64,000 bases of DNA. It comes from Lama guanicoe (Eukaryota). Made by a program: the position numbers and the translations under genes. Positions 52,604 through 64,000 of this stretch are shown piece after piece. The notes beneath the pieces were generated by a model. It ran no database searches. It saw only the letters and a list, made by a program, of their open reading frames with translations, and had not been told where the DNA came from. The stretch spans positions 158,676 to 222,675 of the forward strand of contig MU053629.1 of NCBI GenBank assembly GCA_013239625.1, written 5' to 3'. How positions within the stretch are numbered: the first letter of the stretch is position 1; each line of letters starts with the position of its first letter.

Positions 52604-54747
52604 AAACCAGGAAGAAGTTCTCTATATAAAAGGATAGCCAGTTGTTTTGACAAAATTTAATAAATGTTACTCATCCTTCTCCCAAAGATTTCAAATATTA
52701 CCTTTATCCGAAACCTCATTGTCAACTCTGCAGGGCTCTGTTTTGTTTTGTTTTTAGGTTCTTTGATCTCTAATTCTAGTCCAGTGTCAATATCACACAG
52801 TTTTGTTATAATTTTTCATTGGATTTTGATATTCACTAAGTCCTCCTTTGTTGTTCTTTTTTGGCAAAAATGTTTTGGAGGGGGAAACTAGCCTAAATGT
52901 CTTTCTCTTTCATGTAAATGTTAGAATCAGCTTGTTAAACATTAATTTTAATGAATGTTCATGAATGTTACTGTTAATTAAACATTATTGTTTAATAATG
53001 AAATTAGCTGGAATTCCATGTGCTTTTGGAATTAGCAAAGGGGCGTATCACACCAGTGAGGATGAGCTGGACTTGTTCATACTCCAGTACTGGGGATAAC
53101 TGGACAGCCACATGGAAAAAAGATAAAATTATATCCATATCTCTCACTGTTTATCAGGATCCTTCAAAGAGTTCATGTGTCAGAGATTTAATTTATTGGA
53201 GATATAATAGAAAGATAAGGGACACAGGCTGTCCCTCCAGTCTCAGTGGGGGAGACAGACACCTACGTGTGGGTTGCAGCCAGGGCTAGAAAGCACGTTT
53301 GTACAAAGCCCCACGGGAACCCACGAGGGAGTACCAGCCTTGCCTGAGCACAGGGAGGAGGCTTCACAGCATCTCTGGGTCACAAATGAGAAGGTCAACA
53401 GGCTCAGGAGAGGAGCAAGGGTGTGTGCAGCAGGGGCAAATTTATGGGGATACAGAAGGGTGCCTGCAAGACCAGGGAATTTCAGAAAGTGAAGAGTGCA
53501 TAGGCGAGAGGGCCGATGTGAGGGTGAGAGAGGGCCAGACCGCGCTAGCTCACACGGGGCTTTGACCCTGGACTAGTCAGCCAGAGGGGCACACAGCCTG
53601 TCTTGGAATTCACACTTGAGGCCTTGGGGCTACGGGAAAACTTGAGCTGCTCCACTAATTAGCTACTCCAGCTCGTTCACTGCAGGCCAGAGAGGGGAGA
53701 GGCCTCTACCCCGACATTCTCAGTGCTCCCCAACTCTCAGTTTTATCTTAGCAAGAGCCCAACACAGCGGCAGGGCCTCTGCATCATCTCGGTGACCTCC
53801 CAGTGGGCAAGATGGCCAGAGTGTTTGTTCCCTCTGCAGACTTCAGCACTATAGCAATAATCAGGAGATGCTGGGGATTTTCCTCTGGGTGAAAAACACT
53901 TCAGTTTCACTTGGTGCCAGCACTTGTCAGGTCTCAAAGTCTGGAACCACCACAGACAAGTTCCATTCAGATAACTGCCATGAGCCCCCTTCTCCCCCTT
54001 AAACTAACAAAAACACCCTTATCTCCCAACCAAAAAAAGAAAAGAAAAATCCCCATCATTGTCCAAACACACGAACTTCCTATTTTTCCAGGCCTGCCAC
54101 CCCTGCTCCTTCATCTCAGTTTCCCAGCAGCAGCCAACACCCCCTGCAACTTGAGCACCAAAGGAGACAGGTTCTACCCAGGTATGTGCAGGACACAGCT
54201 GTGGGAGGAGACAGCGGCCGGCAGAGAAGGCTCTTCCGAGAGCCCAAGGCACTTCCAAGGCTGGCCTGGGAAGCAAGCCTGTGGCCTAAAGAAATGTTTC
54301 CAATCTTGGCTTGAGTCATTGCAAGTCACATGTGCTCAGTGCCGCAGAGTTTACGGAGCTATTGTCATGTACATGACCCCTCTTCATCCTCACAACAATC
54401 CCGAGGGGCCAGATCTGATTTTTGTTTCAAAGATGAGGAAACAGAAACTCAGGGAACGTAAATGGCTTTTCCCAGACCACTTGGCAGAGTCGAGACCAGA
54501 ATTTACCACTTCTGAGTAAATCCTGGCAGCATGGCCCTACCCTTGGCATCGCAGAAAGGATAGAAGGCTTTGAGAAGCCCCAGGAAAGCGATGCGTGAGT
54601 GAGTGGCCCACCACACACACTCACAGTGATCACGGTACCTGTCCTGCTGTAAGAAACTCATATTGAAATGATCCAAAAGACTCAGCACAGTGCCTGACAC
54701 CATACAATGCTTTACTCAGAAGGAGACCACCGTAAGGTCACCATCCA

Positions 54748-55066
54748 TTTTTTTTAATTGAAATATAGTCAGTTTACAATGTTGTGTCAATTTCTAGCGT
54801 ATGGCAGAATGTTTCAGGAATGTATGTACATACACATATATTCCTTTTCAGACTTTTTTTCATTATAGGTTACTGCAAGATATTGAATATAGTTCCCTGC
54901 GCTATACAATAGAAACTTGTTTATCTATTTGCAGTATCTGCAAATCTTGAACTCCCGTTTTATCCCTTCACACCCCCTTGCCTCTTGAAAATACCATATG
55001 ATATCACTAATATGTGGAATCTGAAAAAAAAAGACACAAATGAACTTATTTATAAAACAGAAACAG
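54748..55066 (-). mobile_element. L1 3' end with 5' inversion
   Basis: Antisense L1 3' terminus 54748 to about 54986 joined to a sense upstream segment about 54987-55066. Confidence 0.8.
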
Positions 55067-57634
55067 ACCATCAGTTTTTATGAATGAACTTGACTGCAGT
55101 TTATCACACTGAACGGTAATTACCTGTTTATAAGACTAGTCCCCTCACCAGGCGGGGAGCTACTCAGGTCCCCACAGTGCCCAGCACACCACTGATCCTT
55201 AAAACACATTTTTAAAAAAAAAAAAAAAGGTAATGAGAATGAGAGGCATGAGGACAGATAAACTGCCACTTCAGTCACTTCACTTTCCTTGGGCTATTAT
55301 GCTAATGTTAATTCTGCTCAGTCAGTCGTGTGCTCAGGACCACTCAGGTCAGGCCCAGCAGGATGGGGGTGCATGGAGCAGGTGGGCAAAACACAGTGAG
55401 ATGCACCAGGTACACTGGGGGGCTGCATGCTAAGTGGGGGTGCAAAGCCAGTACTGAGACAGAAAGGTCAACAGGAGATGTCTCGGAGGGAGCAGGGGAG
55501 AGGCCCCAGCCGGAAAATGGCAGAGCTGATGGGCAATGTTAGAGGGCAGTGGTATGACAGCTCCTGGTCTAGAAAAGAACACGCTAGGCGGTCTTCCCGG
55601 AGTCACTAAGGTCCAGTGGGTGCCCCTCCATCAGAGAGGGTTCTCTTTGGTCCCCCTTTACTGCACATCATCCTGAAGTCGCCCTGTTCCCTCCAGCCCA
55701 GAGCTCGGTGAGCAAATGTGTGGTGAAGCTATGAGGTCACCTAAGGGACACAGAGGCATTGATGATGACACCTCCCACTGCCCGGCACCAGGAGAGATGA
55801 ACGTCTGAACACAGTTAGACTGAGGACAGAAACTCAGACACTTTCACTCCATGATGGCCAAGAAACCAAAGTGCGGGGGGAGATGGACTGGCTTCACATT
55901 ACCCGGCTTTGAATCCCTGTCTTGCACCTGACTCGTGGGCTGAGGTGGGACAATGGAATGATGTCAGGCTCAGTTCGGGCTGAGACAAGACAATTTGTCC
56001 AAGACAACAGGTGCCCATCACTCCCATGCAGGCTGCATAGTCTACCTGTGAGAAAAGCAGATTCAGAGACAAAAGCACTTAGGAATGAAAAGAAGTTTAC
56101 TTTAAAAAGAATTCAAGGAAGTCGGACTTCAGGAGGGCAGGCTGGCAAAAATTAAAAATGAGATCAAATCCATTTAGATATTTAAAGAGAAAAAAACCCC
56201 TAAGTATGAGCAAAGTTACTGACTTTACATTAGCTGTCGTGGTAGAAAAACAGTGACTTTCCCACGTAATTATCTTACCCTCAAAAGTCACAGCTGATGG
56301 TCAGATGCTGGCATTGCAAGAGGCAGGGTAAAGTTTCTGTTAGAATCAGGTAAGAATCAAATGACAGCCCTACCCCTGCTGGGAGCGGAAGGGATTACAG
56401 AGGCTGGAGACCCATGTTTACTGGACGAAGTCAAGGCTTCGTTTATTTAGGGGACCAGAACCAGACATGGGGATCTATTTGTTCTGTCTCCCAGTGCAAC
56501 CTGATTTTTTTTCCTCCCCGGATGTGAAAAATGATGTACACATTACTCAAAATGGTAGCAGGGCAAAGGGTCAATTTTGCTTTCCAAGGAGGTGGCTGAA
56601 ACCCTGTTACCACTTACAAACCCCAAAAGTTAATGTCGGAGAGCAGGAGGGAACTTGGAGGTTGGAGCCTCTCTTTAGAGACCTTTCCAGCCTGCAGTGA
56701 GTCCCAGCCCTCATGCCAAAGAGGAAGGGGTGGTGATGGTGGCAGTGCTTGGGCATGAAAGGCTTGCTCAGAGCGCTTCATTTCTCAGGGAGACAGACAG
56801 CTAAAGAGAAGAGGAGGAGGAAACAGCCTGGGGCAGCAGAGGGGGCTGCTATAATGGGATCAGTTCACTCCTGGAGGGCCAAGGATGTACTGGGTCTGCC
56901 CAGGATCAGATGCGGGTCCTGGCAGAGAGACCTTGCCTGGAGACCTTAAGGATTCCACCCCAGGGGGTCACCTTATAAGAATGATGGCCAAAGTTGCCCT
57001 AAGTGACAGAGGGGCAGAGGGAGGAGTTGCTAAGTGGCCAGCCAGAAGAGGCATGTCCACCACCACCAAGGGAAGGTCAGGGAAAGGCTCTGCAGCCTGG
57101 AAGCACAGCTCTAAGAAATCCACCGGAGGGAAAAACATCCTTAAACACTTGCCAGCTTAGAGGAAACTCAGACCAGACAAGTGCCAGTCAAATAAGACCC
57201 TTCCTGCCCTACGCCTTTCCTTCCTCTCCTCATTGCTTCTCTGTGGTCATCGGAACTTAGAGCAAGTCTCGTGCAGGGAGGAGAAGCTAGGGTGTCAGGA
57301 GAGCCAGAGGGTCCACAGCAGGCTCCACCATCCCTCACCCCCGGAGGTCCAGGCTCGGGGGAGGGGGAAGATTTACATTTGAAGTTCATCGTTTGCTGGC
57401 GTTTTAAAAATTAAACTACGTGGCACTGGATATTTCATTATTATCTGAGACCATTTAAAGGACTAAGGGGACTGGGGACTTTCACGCCATAGAAGTGAGG
57501 GCACCTGCATGAGGTTTTATCTCAGGCCAGGGAAAAACCAGCCTGACGGCAGGAGGGCAGCGAGGGAAGATTAAGTTGCTGTAAGGTTGGTCTTACAAGT
57601 CCTGCCCTTCCAGTGAACGGTTAGGCGGAGTGCT

Positions 57635-58098
57635 GGCCTCCTATGACTGCTGCAACAAATGACTGCAAGCTTCGTGGCTTTAAACAACACAACGGTATCA
57701 GCTTACCATTCTGGCTGTTAGAAATCCAAAATGGGTTTTACAGCTAAATAAAATCAAGGCTGTGTTCCTTCTGGAAGTTCTGGGGGAGATTATGTCTCCT
57801 CACCCTTTTCAGCTTCTAGAGGTTGCTCACATTTCTTGGCTCATGGTCTTACATCACATCACCAGTTCTGGCCCTCCCCCTGCTTCCATCGTTACGTCCC
57901 TCCCCCTCCGCCTCCCTCTTCAAAGGAACCTTGTGACTACATTGACCTTCTTCCCCCAAACAATCCAGAAGCATCTTCCCATCCCAATATCCCTCAGTGT
58001 AACATACCTGCAAAGTCCCTTTTGCCATATAAGGTAATATATTCATAGATTATGGGAATGTGTGTGGGCATCTCTGGGGAGCCTTTATCCAGCCTACC
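57635..58098 (-). mobile_element. MaLR LTR (MLT1C/D-like)
   Basis: ctgctgcaacaaatgactgcaa...ttaaacaacac...ctgcaaagtcccttttgccatataaggtaatatattcatag. Confidence 0.75.
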
Positions 58099-58719
58099 TC
58101 AAGCAGACAAGTCAGCTTCCAAAGAGTCACTTTATTCACTGAAGCTTGCTTTTTCCTCTGTGAAACATGGATAATAATACCCACCTTGCAAGATCACAGC
58201 ACTTCAAGGAGGGCTGACGTGAAACACTGCATCGCATCTCAGGACGTGCTTTGGGAGAATTCATACCTTTCATTCACTCACTTGATAAATGTGTTAAATA
58301 CCTCCCATGAGCCAGGCAGTATTCAGAATGCTGAAATATTGCTAAAAAGAGGGGAAGGCAGGAGAAAGTAAGGGCTTTGGCTGCTTTAAAGAGGTGGGTG
58401 CTAGATCTGGGAAAATGGTTCAGAAAAGTGAAGCAATCACCCAGTGGATCCTATCAAGTACTGATGATAATTTACCCAAATGGAGGGGGGAACTTCATTA
58501 AAATACTTGGCTCCTATCTGCTTTTCAACAAATATTGATTTATTGATTTAGGATACAGAAATTAAAATGCAAAATATTATCATACCCTCGACATCTGTAG
58601 AGATTAATTCCGAGGCTCACAGGGACCCAGGCGGAGTGATGACTGTAGTCTGGAAGCAATGTGGCACACAGAATACAGCACTAAGGTTGAGTTCTGGGCT
58701 CAGGTCTCAGGGGTTTGTA

Positions 58720-59085
58720 TCAGACCTTCCTCGGGGCCTCTAAATGGGGTTACGCTAATTAAACAAGGACGCCATCAGACTGAGGTGATTTTAATGCTGC
58801 GGCAGCCTATGTCAGGGAAGCAAACTCTGAGCCTGTGAACGTCTCAAGGTTACAAAGTCGAAATCGAAGGACAACCAGTCACAAACAACCGCCTAAGCGT
58901 TCAGCTAGACTCAATCAGTAACTTCCTTACTTTGCCTCCGCCTTTCCTCTGTCAAGTTCTCTCCCGGAGCTCCTGTCAGTGGTGCGTTCCTAACCACGTC
59001 CAGTTTGGCACTGCCCAATTAGAAATGATTTTTGCTCAGAGAAACCCTTAAACATTTTCATATGCCTCAATTTCCGTTTTTAAAT
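58720..59085 (+). mobile_element. ERV1 LTR (MER34/MER39-like)
   Basis: Ends tttttgctcaga...aaacccttaaacattttcatatgcctca, typical of this group. Confidence 0.5.
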
Positions 59086-59199
59086 TTCCGTTTATAGGTA
59101 CTTACTACATGTTGAATTAGAAAGTTGAGGCTGTGCTTTCATTGATCTGGCTCCAAGACCAGAACACGGAAACAGTATTTCATCAGATTAAGGAGCAGT

Positions 59200-59350
59200 G
59201 GGGGGGGGTATAGATCAGTGGTAGAGTGTGTGCTTAGCATGCACGAGGTCCTGGGTTCAATCCCTAGTACTTCCACTAATAAACAAACAAACAAACCAAC
59301 CTATCACCTCTGCCCCCCCCAAAAAAAACCCAGAAAAATTTTTTTAAAAA
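59200..59350 (+). mobile_element. tRNA-derived SINE (Vic-1-like)
   Basis: ggggtatagatcagtggtagagtgtgtgcttagcatgcacgaggtcctgggttcaatccc plus A-rich tail. Confidence 0.88.
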
Positions 59351-61461
59351 GAAGCAATATGAGAAAGACAAGAATTCCTAGAGGAAAGAGAAAACTGCTA
59401 ACAAATTGCTTAAAAAGGCACAAAGCTTTGCTCCTGATAGAATTATAACCCTTCCTAACTGCAGGAGTCTCAAAAATCAACACTTGCTATCACCAAAGAG
59501 GATGTCTTACTTCTAAGGGGCAAGCAGTGTTCCATATACATTTTCCCCCCATGGGCTTTGCTTTTCTTTCACTTGGCCATATATGTTGAATCTTTCTGTT
59601 TAAAATAAAGAGCTATGGAATACTTTTTTTTAAATTATGAAGAAATTTGAATATATTTGTGGGACAAGGGGATGAAACCAGTTAAGATAACAACAACAAA
59701 AAGCACCCAATATGTCCATTAAAACTATAATGATGAAGTCCATAACAATGCGGAAATGTGTAACACTGCAGGAAGTGTGCAGCTGTAATTTTTGAAAAGC
59801 AAGCACATAGAGATGGAAGGGAATCAGAAAAGATTCTAACTGTTGTGATAAGGTGGTAGAATTGTGGCTGACATCACCTCTTGGTTTTCTAACTTTCTGA
59901 AATGTCAGCAGAATCTTCAAATCAAAATAATTCCAGTAAATTACTTTTGATAACACACTACAAAGGCATATTATTTGCAACTGGGGACCTTGAAACTTCT
60001 GATTCAACTTCGTAAGCTTTTCTACTGGGCATCGTTCCCACACTCGCTCTCTTAATTCTTAAAATTTTTACTAGGATTTCTCGTGCTTTTATCAGATCTC
60101 CCCGTGGTGTCACATTAAACATTTTTCTCGTTCAGGTTAACCCAGCTCTTTAAGAACTATTTTTATTTTCATTAGCAGACAACTTCTTTCACTCTCTTTA
60201 GCATTTTGACAATTTATGATTAAGCTCTCAAACCCCCTATTCCATCACAAATCTTTACTTTGATATAGGTCCCCATAACACTGGCTGTACAGTTGTGTCC
60301 TCTGAATTCTTTGAAACCTTTGTAGTTTAAAACATGCCATATAGATACTATTGACAAAATACTATGAAGAGGTGGAACTGTAATAGGATTATCAATATAG
60401 TTTGCAAAAAATCAATAGCAACCAACAGCAACAGAGTCCTTGTTTCTCTGGGCAAGCAGAAATATAGTTGGATAAGAAATATGGTTCAAGTAACCTGTTA
60501 TCAAGACCTGGAAAAAGCCTTTTTTTTTTTCTGTTAAAACACATGGCCATTAATATCCAGTGGAAATGTAAATATCTTATCAGGAGACTGAGCTCTGCTC
60601 ACCGCCTATCAGAGACATTTCCTTGATGTCTTTCTTTACCTTTTAAAGTTTAGCCTCAGAGGCCCTGATTATTACATGACACAAAAAAGAAAAAACAAAC
60701 AACATGTGAAAAAAGCGTAAAACGTTAGTATTTTGTACATGATGCCAAATCTAGACCTCCCTTACGATGACAGACAATCATGGGGAATCAGGGAGAACTC
60801 CTGGGCCTGGTCCTTTCCAGCGTGGTTGGGGCGACAGGACGCAGGCATTCAGGACTCGTCATACTGTCACACTGTCATTCAAGGCAGCAGAGGCTGGTAC
60901 AGACTCTTGGATCCAGCTTGTTTCCCGGCCAGAGCCACAGGATCTCCACCAGCAGGGCCATCCCTGCTTCCAGCTCCCAGGCCCTATCTTGATCCAATGC
61001 AAAAAGATTTAATCAGAGCAGCCACACATGGTGGAGTTCAGCATCAAGTCTTCTCAGTAAGCAGTATGGCCCCACATCTGATGACTGGATTACTGCTGAT
61101 GGCAACCAGTCCCCTTTTTGGAACACCCCGATTCTTACTCAGCTCTCATTTCTTATATATTTTGCATTCCACTCTAAGGCCTGGAATTTTCCTCCATTCC
61201 TCGCCTCTTTTTCATGCTGTCCACTTGTCCTCATGACCTCCTGATTGTCCCCCAACCCAGATTCTCAGTCACCATGTTCCATTTACAACAGAACAACAAA
61301 TCTCATGCTGCTCTTGTGGAAAAGTAAAAGCAATGAGATGGTAAGATAAAGCAGCCACTGAGACCCAAGGTGTCATGTCACCCCTGTGAGCATCATAGCC
61401 CCTGCAAGCAGCTGCAGGCTACTGTCCTCAAAGTCATCATATCCCATCGAAAGTAAAGCCA

Positions 61462-62256
61462 ACCACCAAAATTCTACAAATGATAAATGCTGGGGAGGAG
61501 GTGGAGAAAAGGGAACCCTCCTACACTGCTGGTGGGAATGTAAATTGGTGCAGCCACTGTGGAAAACAGTATGGAGATTCCTTTAAAAACTAAAAATAGA
61601 ACTGCCATTATGATCCAGCAATTCCACTCCTGGGTATATATCCGGAAAATATGAAAACTTTAAATCAAAAAGATACATGTGCCTTTAATGTTTATAGCAG
61701 TGCTATTTATAATAGACAAGACATGGAAACAACCCCAGTGCCAATCAACAGATGATTGGCTTAAGATGTTACACACACACACACACAAAATGGAGTATTA
61801 CTCAGCCATAAAAATAATGAAACGTTGTCATTTGCAGCAACATGGAGGGACCTAGAGATTATCATACTAAGTAAGTCAGACAGAGAAAGACAAACATGGT
61901 ATCACTTACATGAAAAATCTAAAAAATAATACAAATCAAATCAGCCTATATACTAAACAGAAACAGACTCACAGACACAGAAAACAAACTTACAGTTACC
62001 AAAGGGGAAAGAGTCAGGAGAGAGGGATAAGTGAGAAGTATGGAATTATCAGATACAAACTACTGTACATAAAACCAACAAATAATAAGGACTTACTACT
62101 ATAGAGCACAGAGAACTATGTTCAATATCTTATAATAAACTATAATGGAAAATAATCTGAAAAAATATGTGTACCTATATATACATAATGGAATCACATC
62201 TCTGTACACCTGAAACTAACACAATATTGCAAATCAACTGGACTTCAATTAAAACA
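61462..62256 (+). mobile_element. 5'-truncated L1 3' end
   Basis: ORF2 end (KCW...[26 protein letters not shown]) plus 3' UTR; candidate TSD agtaaagc at 61452-61459 and 62265-62272. Confidence 0.9.
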
Positions 62257-63070
62257 AGAGAGAGAGTAAAGCTGGATGCTGGCTTGTGTAACCCAACCCT
62301 AGGTTTTCACCTCAACCACCTGTTTCTCTAGAAATTGCCAACTCAGAGCAAAGTTCAAATAGGTTATAATTCCCACAAGCAGCTGCATTTCCAATAAATA
62401 ATTAGTTATCAAATTAACTGTGATCCTGACACCTGCCAGGCCAAACCAATTCACAAGGCTTTTAGAGAGAGCATATTTCAAGATTTTGTTTTGTTACTCA
62501 TGTTATTTTCAAAATTACATGATATTAAACACTCAGCTTTAGTTATCACAAAAGCTTTTGGTCTGGTGGAACTCCTACACAATGTGTGTACATGAGTGTT
62601 GGGTTTAAGGTACCCTCAGTAATTGCATATTTAAACGTGGTGAATTCAGAGTTTGAACTCAGTCACTTTTCTCTACCTTTCACCCCTCTTCCCAACAGGG
62701 AAGTAACTACACCCAGAGCTGTTGTCAGGCCTGGCTGGCTCTCTGAGCTGTGGCTTAGCGGTCCTCAGCTGGTCCTCAGGTTGATGAGCTGGCCTTTCCA
62801 TAGATGGTCAGTCCTCACCATGGCCTCTGGTCACTGGGTCCAATCAGCCTGCTTCTTCTTGGTTCCAAAACAAGGCCTTTCTGGGTGGACCAGCTGGCCT
62901 GCAGTCACTTCTGAGCTCCTGTTTGGGAGCCGTGGGGGATTCCATATGCCCTCTTGTGAGCTTTCCCCAAGTCCACCGGTGGGCACTCCTCCCTCAGCCA
63001 CTGCTGTCCTGCCACGCAGGCCCCAAGACCAGGCATGCATCTATTTACATATAAAGTGATTACCTTTAAA

Positions 63071-63218
63071 GGGGGGAGGACATAGCTCAGTGGTAGAGGG
63101 CACGCTTAGCATGCTCGAGGTCCTGGGTTCAATCTCCACTAAGTCCATTAAAAAAAGTAGTAATAAATAAATAAACCAAATTACCTCCCCTACAAGGAAG
63201 GAAAAAAAAAAAGAAAGA
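63071..63218 (+). mobile_element. tRNA-derived SINE (Vic-1-like)
   Basis: ggggggaggacatagctcagtggtagagggcacgcttagcatgctcgaggtcctgggttcaatc...aaataaataaaccaaattacctcccc plus A tail. Confidence 0.88.
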
Positions 63219-64000
63219 ATGTTCTGCTTGCACACATGGCTTATCTATAAAAATCTTTCACTGAGTCATGTTTCAAAAAAATTGAAAAGTGCTTACCGGT
63301 GTAGGCAGAGATCCTAAAAGAAACGCTCTCCTGATACCTAGACATGCCTCCTTGCTTCCCTCAGCAGTTTCCCGGAAATAATCTGACATGCATTTATCAG
63401 GTCAGATTTACTGAGTGCCTACTCTGTGCCAAGTACTATTCTAGGTACTGGGGATACAGTAATAATCAAGACAAGACATAAATCCTGATCGCATGGAAGT
63501 GAGATTCTAACGTGTCAAGACAGACAACCCATAGGCTCTCATTTCACAATGAACACAGAGCTTATTTTAATTCTTACATCCAAACAAGCCATGAAACATT
63601 AAACTTACCCCCAAACAGGACGTGCCTAAAAGCTCTGTGAATTCTGAGCAATTCTCACAAGTTGCAAATCCCCAGGATCGTGCTGTGGCTCATTTGCCAA
63701 GGTATTAAAAAGTACAGAAGTGACCTCTTTTAAGACAACGCTGATCGTTACCCATTACTGAGTGCTTGCTACGGGCCCGGCACTGCGCCCAGGTCTTGGC
63801 GTGTATTCTCTCTAATCCTTAGTGCAGTCTTAAATTAGGTGGGTATTGTTGTTACTAATGGCCCCACTTTGCAAATGAGAAAACTGAGGCTGATACAAGG
63901 AACTCAGGTATTAAGTGGACAGGACACAGACGGTCTGACATCACTCTGCCTCCATACAAATAGTAGGGAAATGCATAAAAAGGAAAGCAAAATTATACAT

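Noticed and set aside
53911..54519. 202-aa ORF
   Set aside because: Non-ATG start, overlaps a MIR, no recognisable protein features.
59200..59275. tRNA-Ala-like sequences as real tRNA genes
   Set aside because: They have SINE tails, occur as several diverged copies and have degraded stems.

Overview
Mammalian genomic DNA, most likely camelid: three copies of a tRNA-derived SINE resemble Vic-1. The only protein-coding gene I can support is C2CD4A (+ strand, CDS about 6197-7275), in a CpG island broken by a 29-N assembly gap, with a TATA promoter and a probable 5' exon. The rest is repeat-rich intergenic DNA that by synteny should match the VPS13C-C2CD4A-C2CD4B islet/type 2 diabetes regulatory interval (inference). 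Highlights: (1) a near-identical 5.15 kb tandem duplication (33665-38810 / 38811-43958) flanked by TCAAGG on the outside but lacking it at the internal junction; (2) a tailless 5'-half tRNA-Lys(CTT) retro-insertion with a target-site duplication (TSD); (3) a spliced in-frame upstream ATG that could extend C2CD4A by 22 aa; (4) a frame discontinuity in C2CD4A beside the gap; (5) a chimeric polyadenylated retro-insertion, a twin-primed L1 and a nested L1/LTR cluster. No CRISPR arrays, rRNA or intact tRNA genes were seen. Repeat family names are from recall, not a database search.
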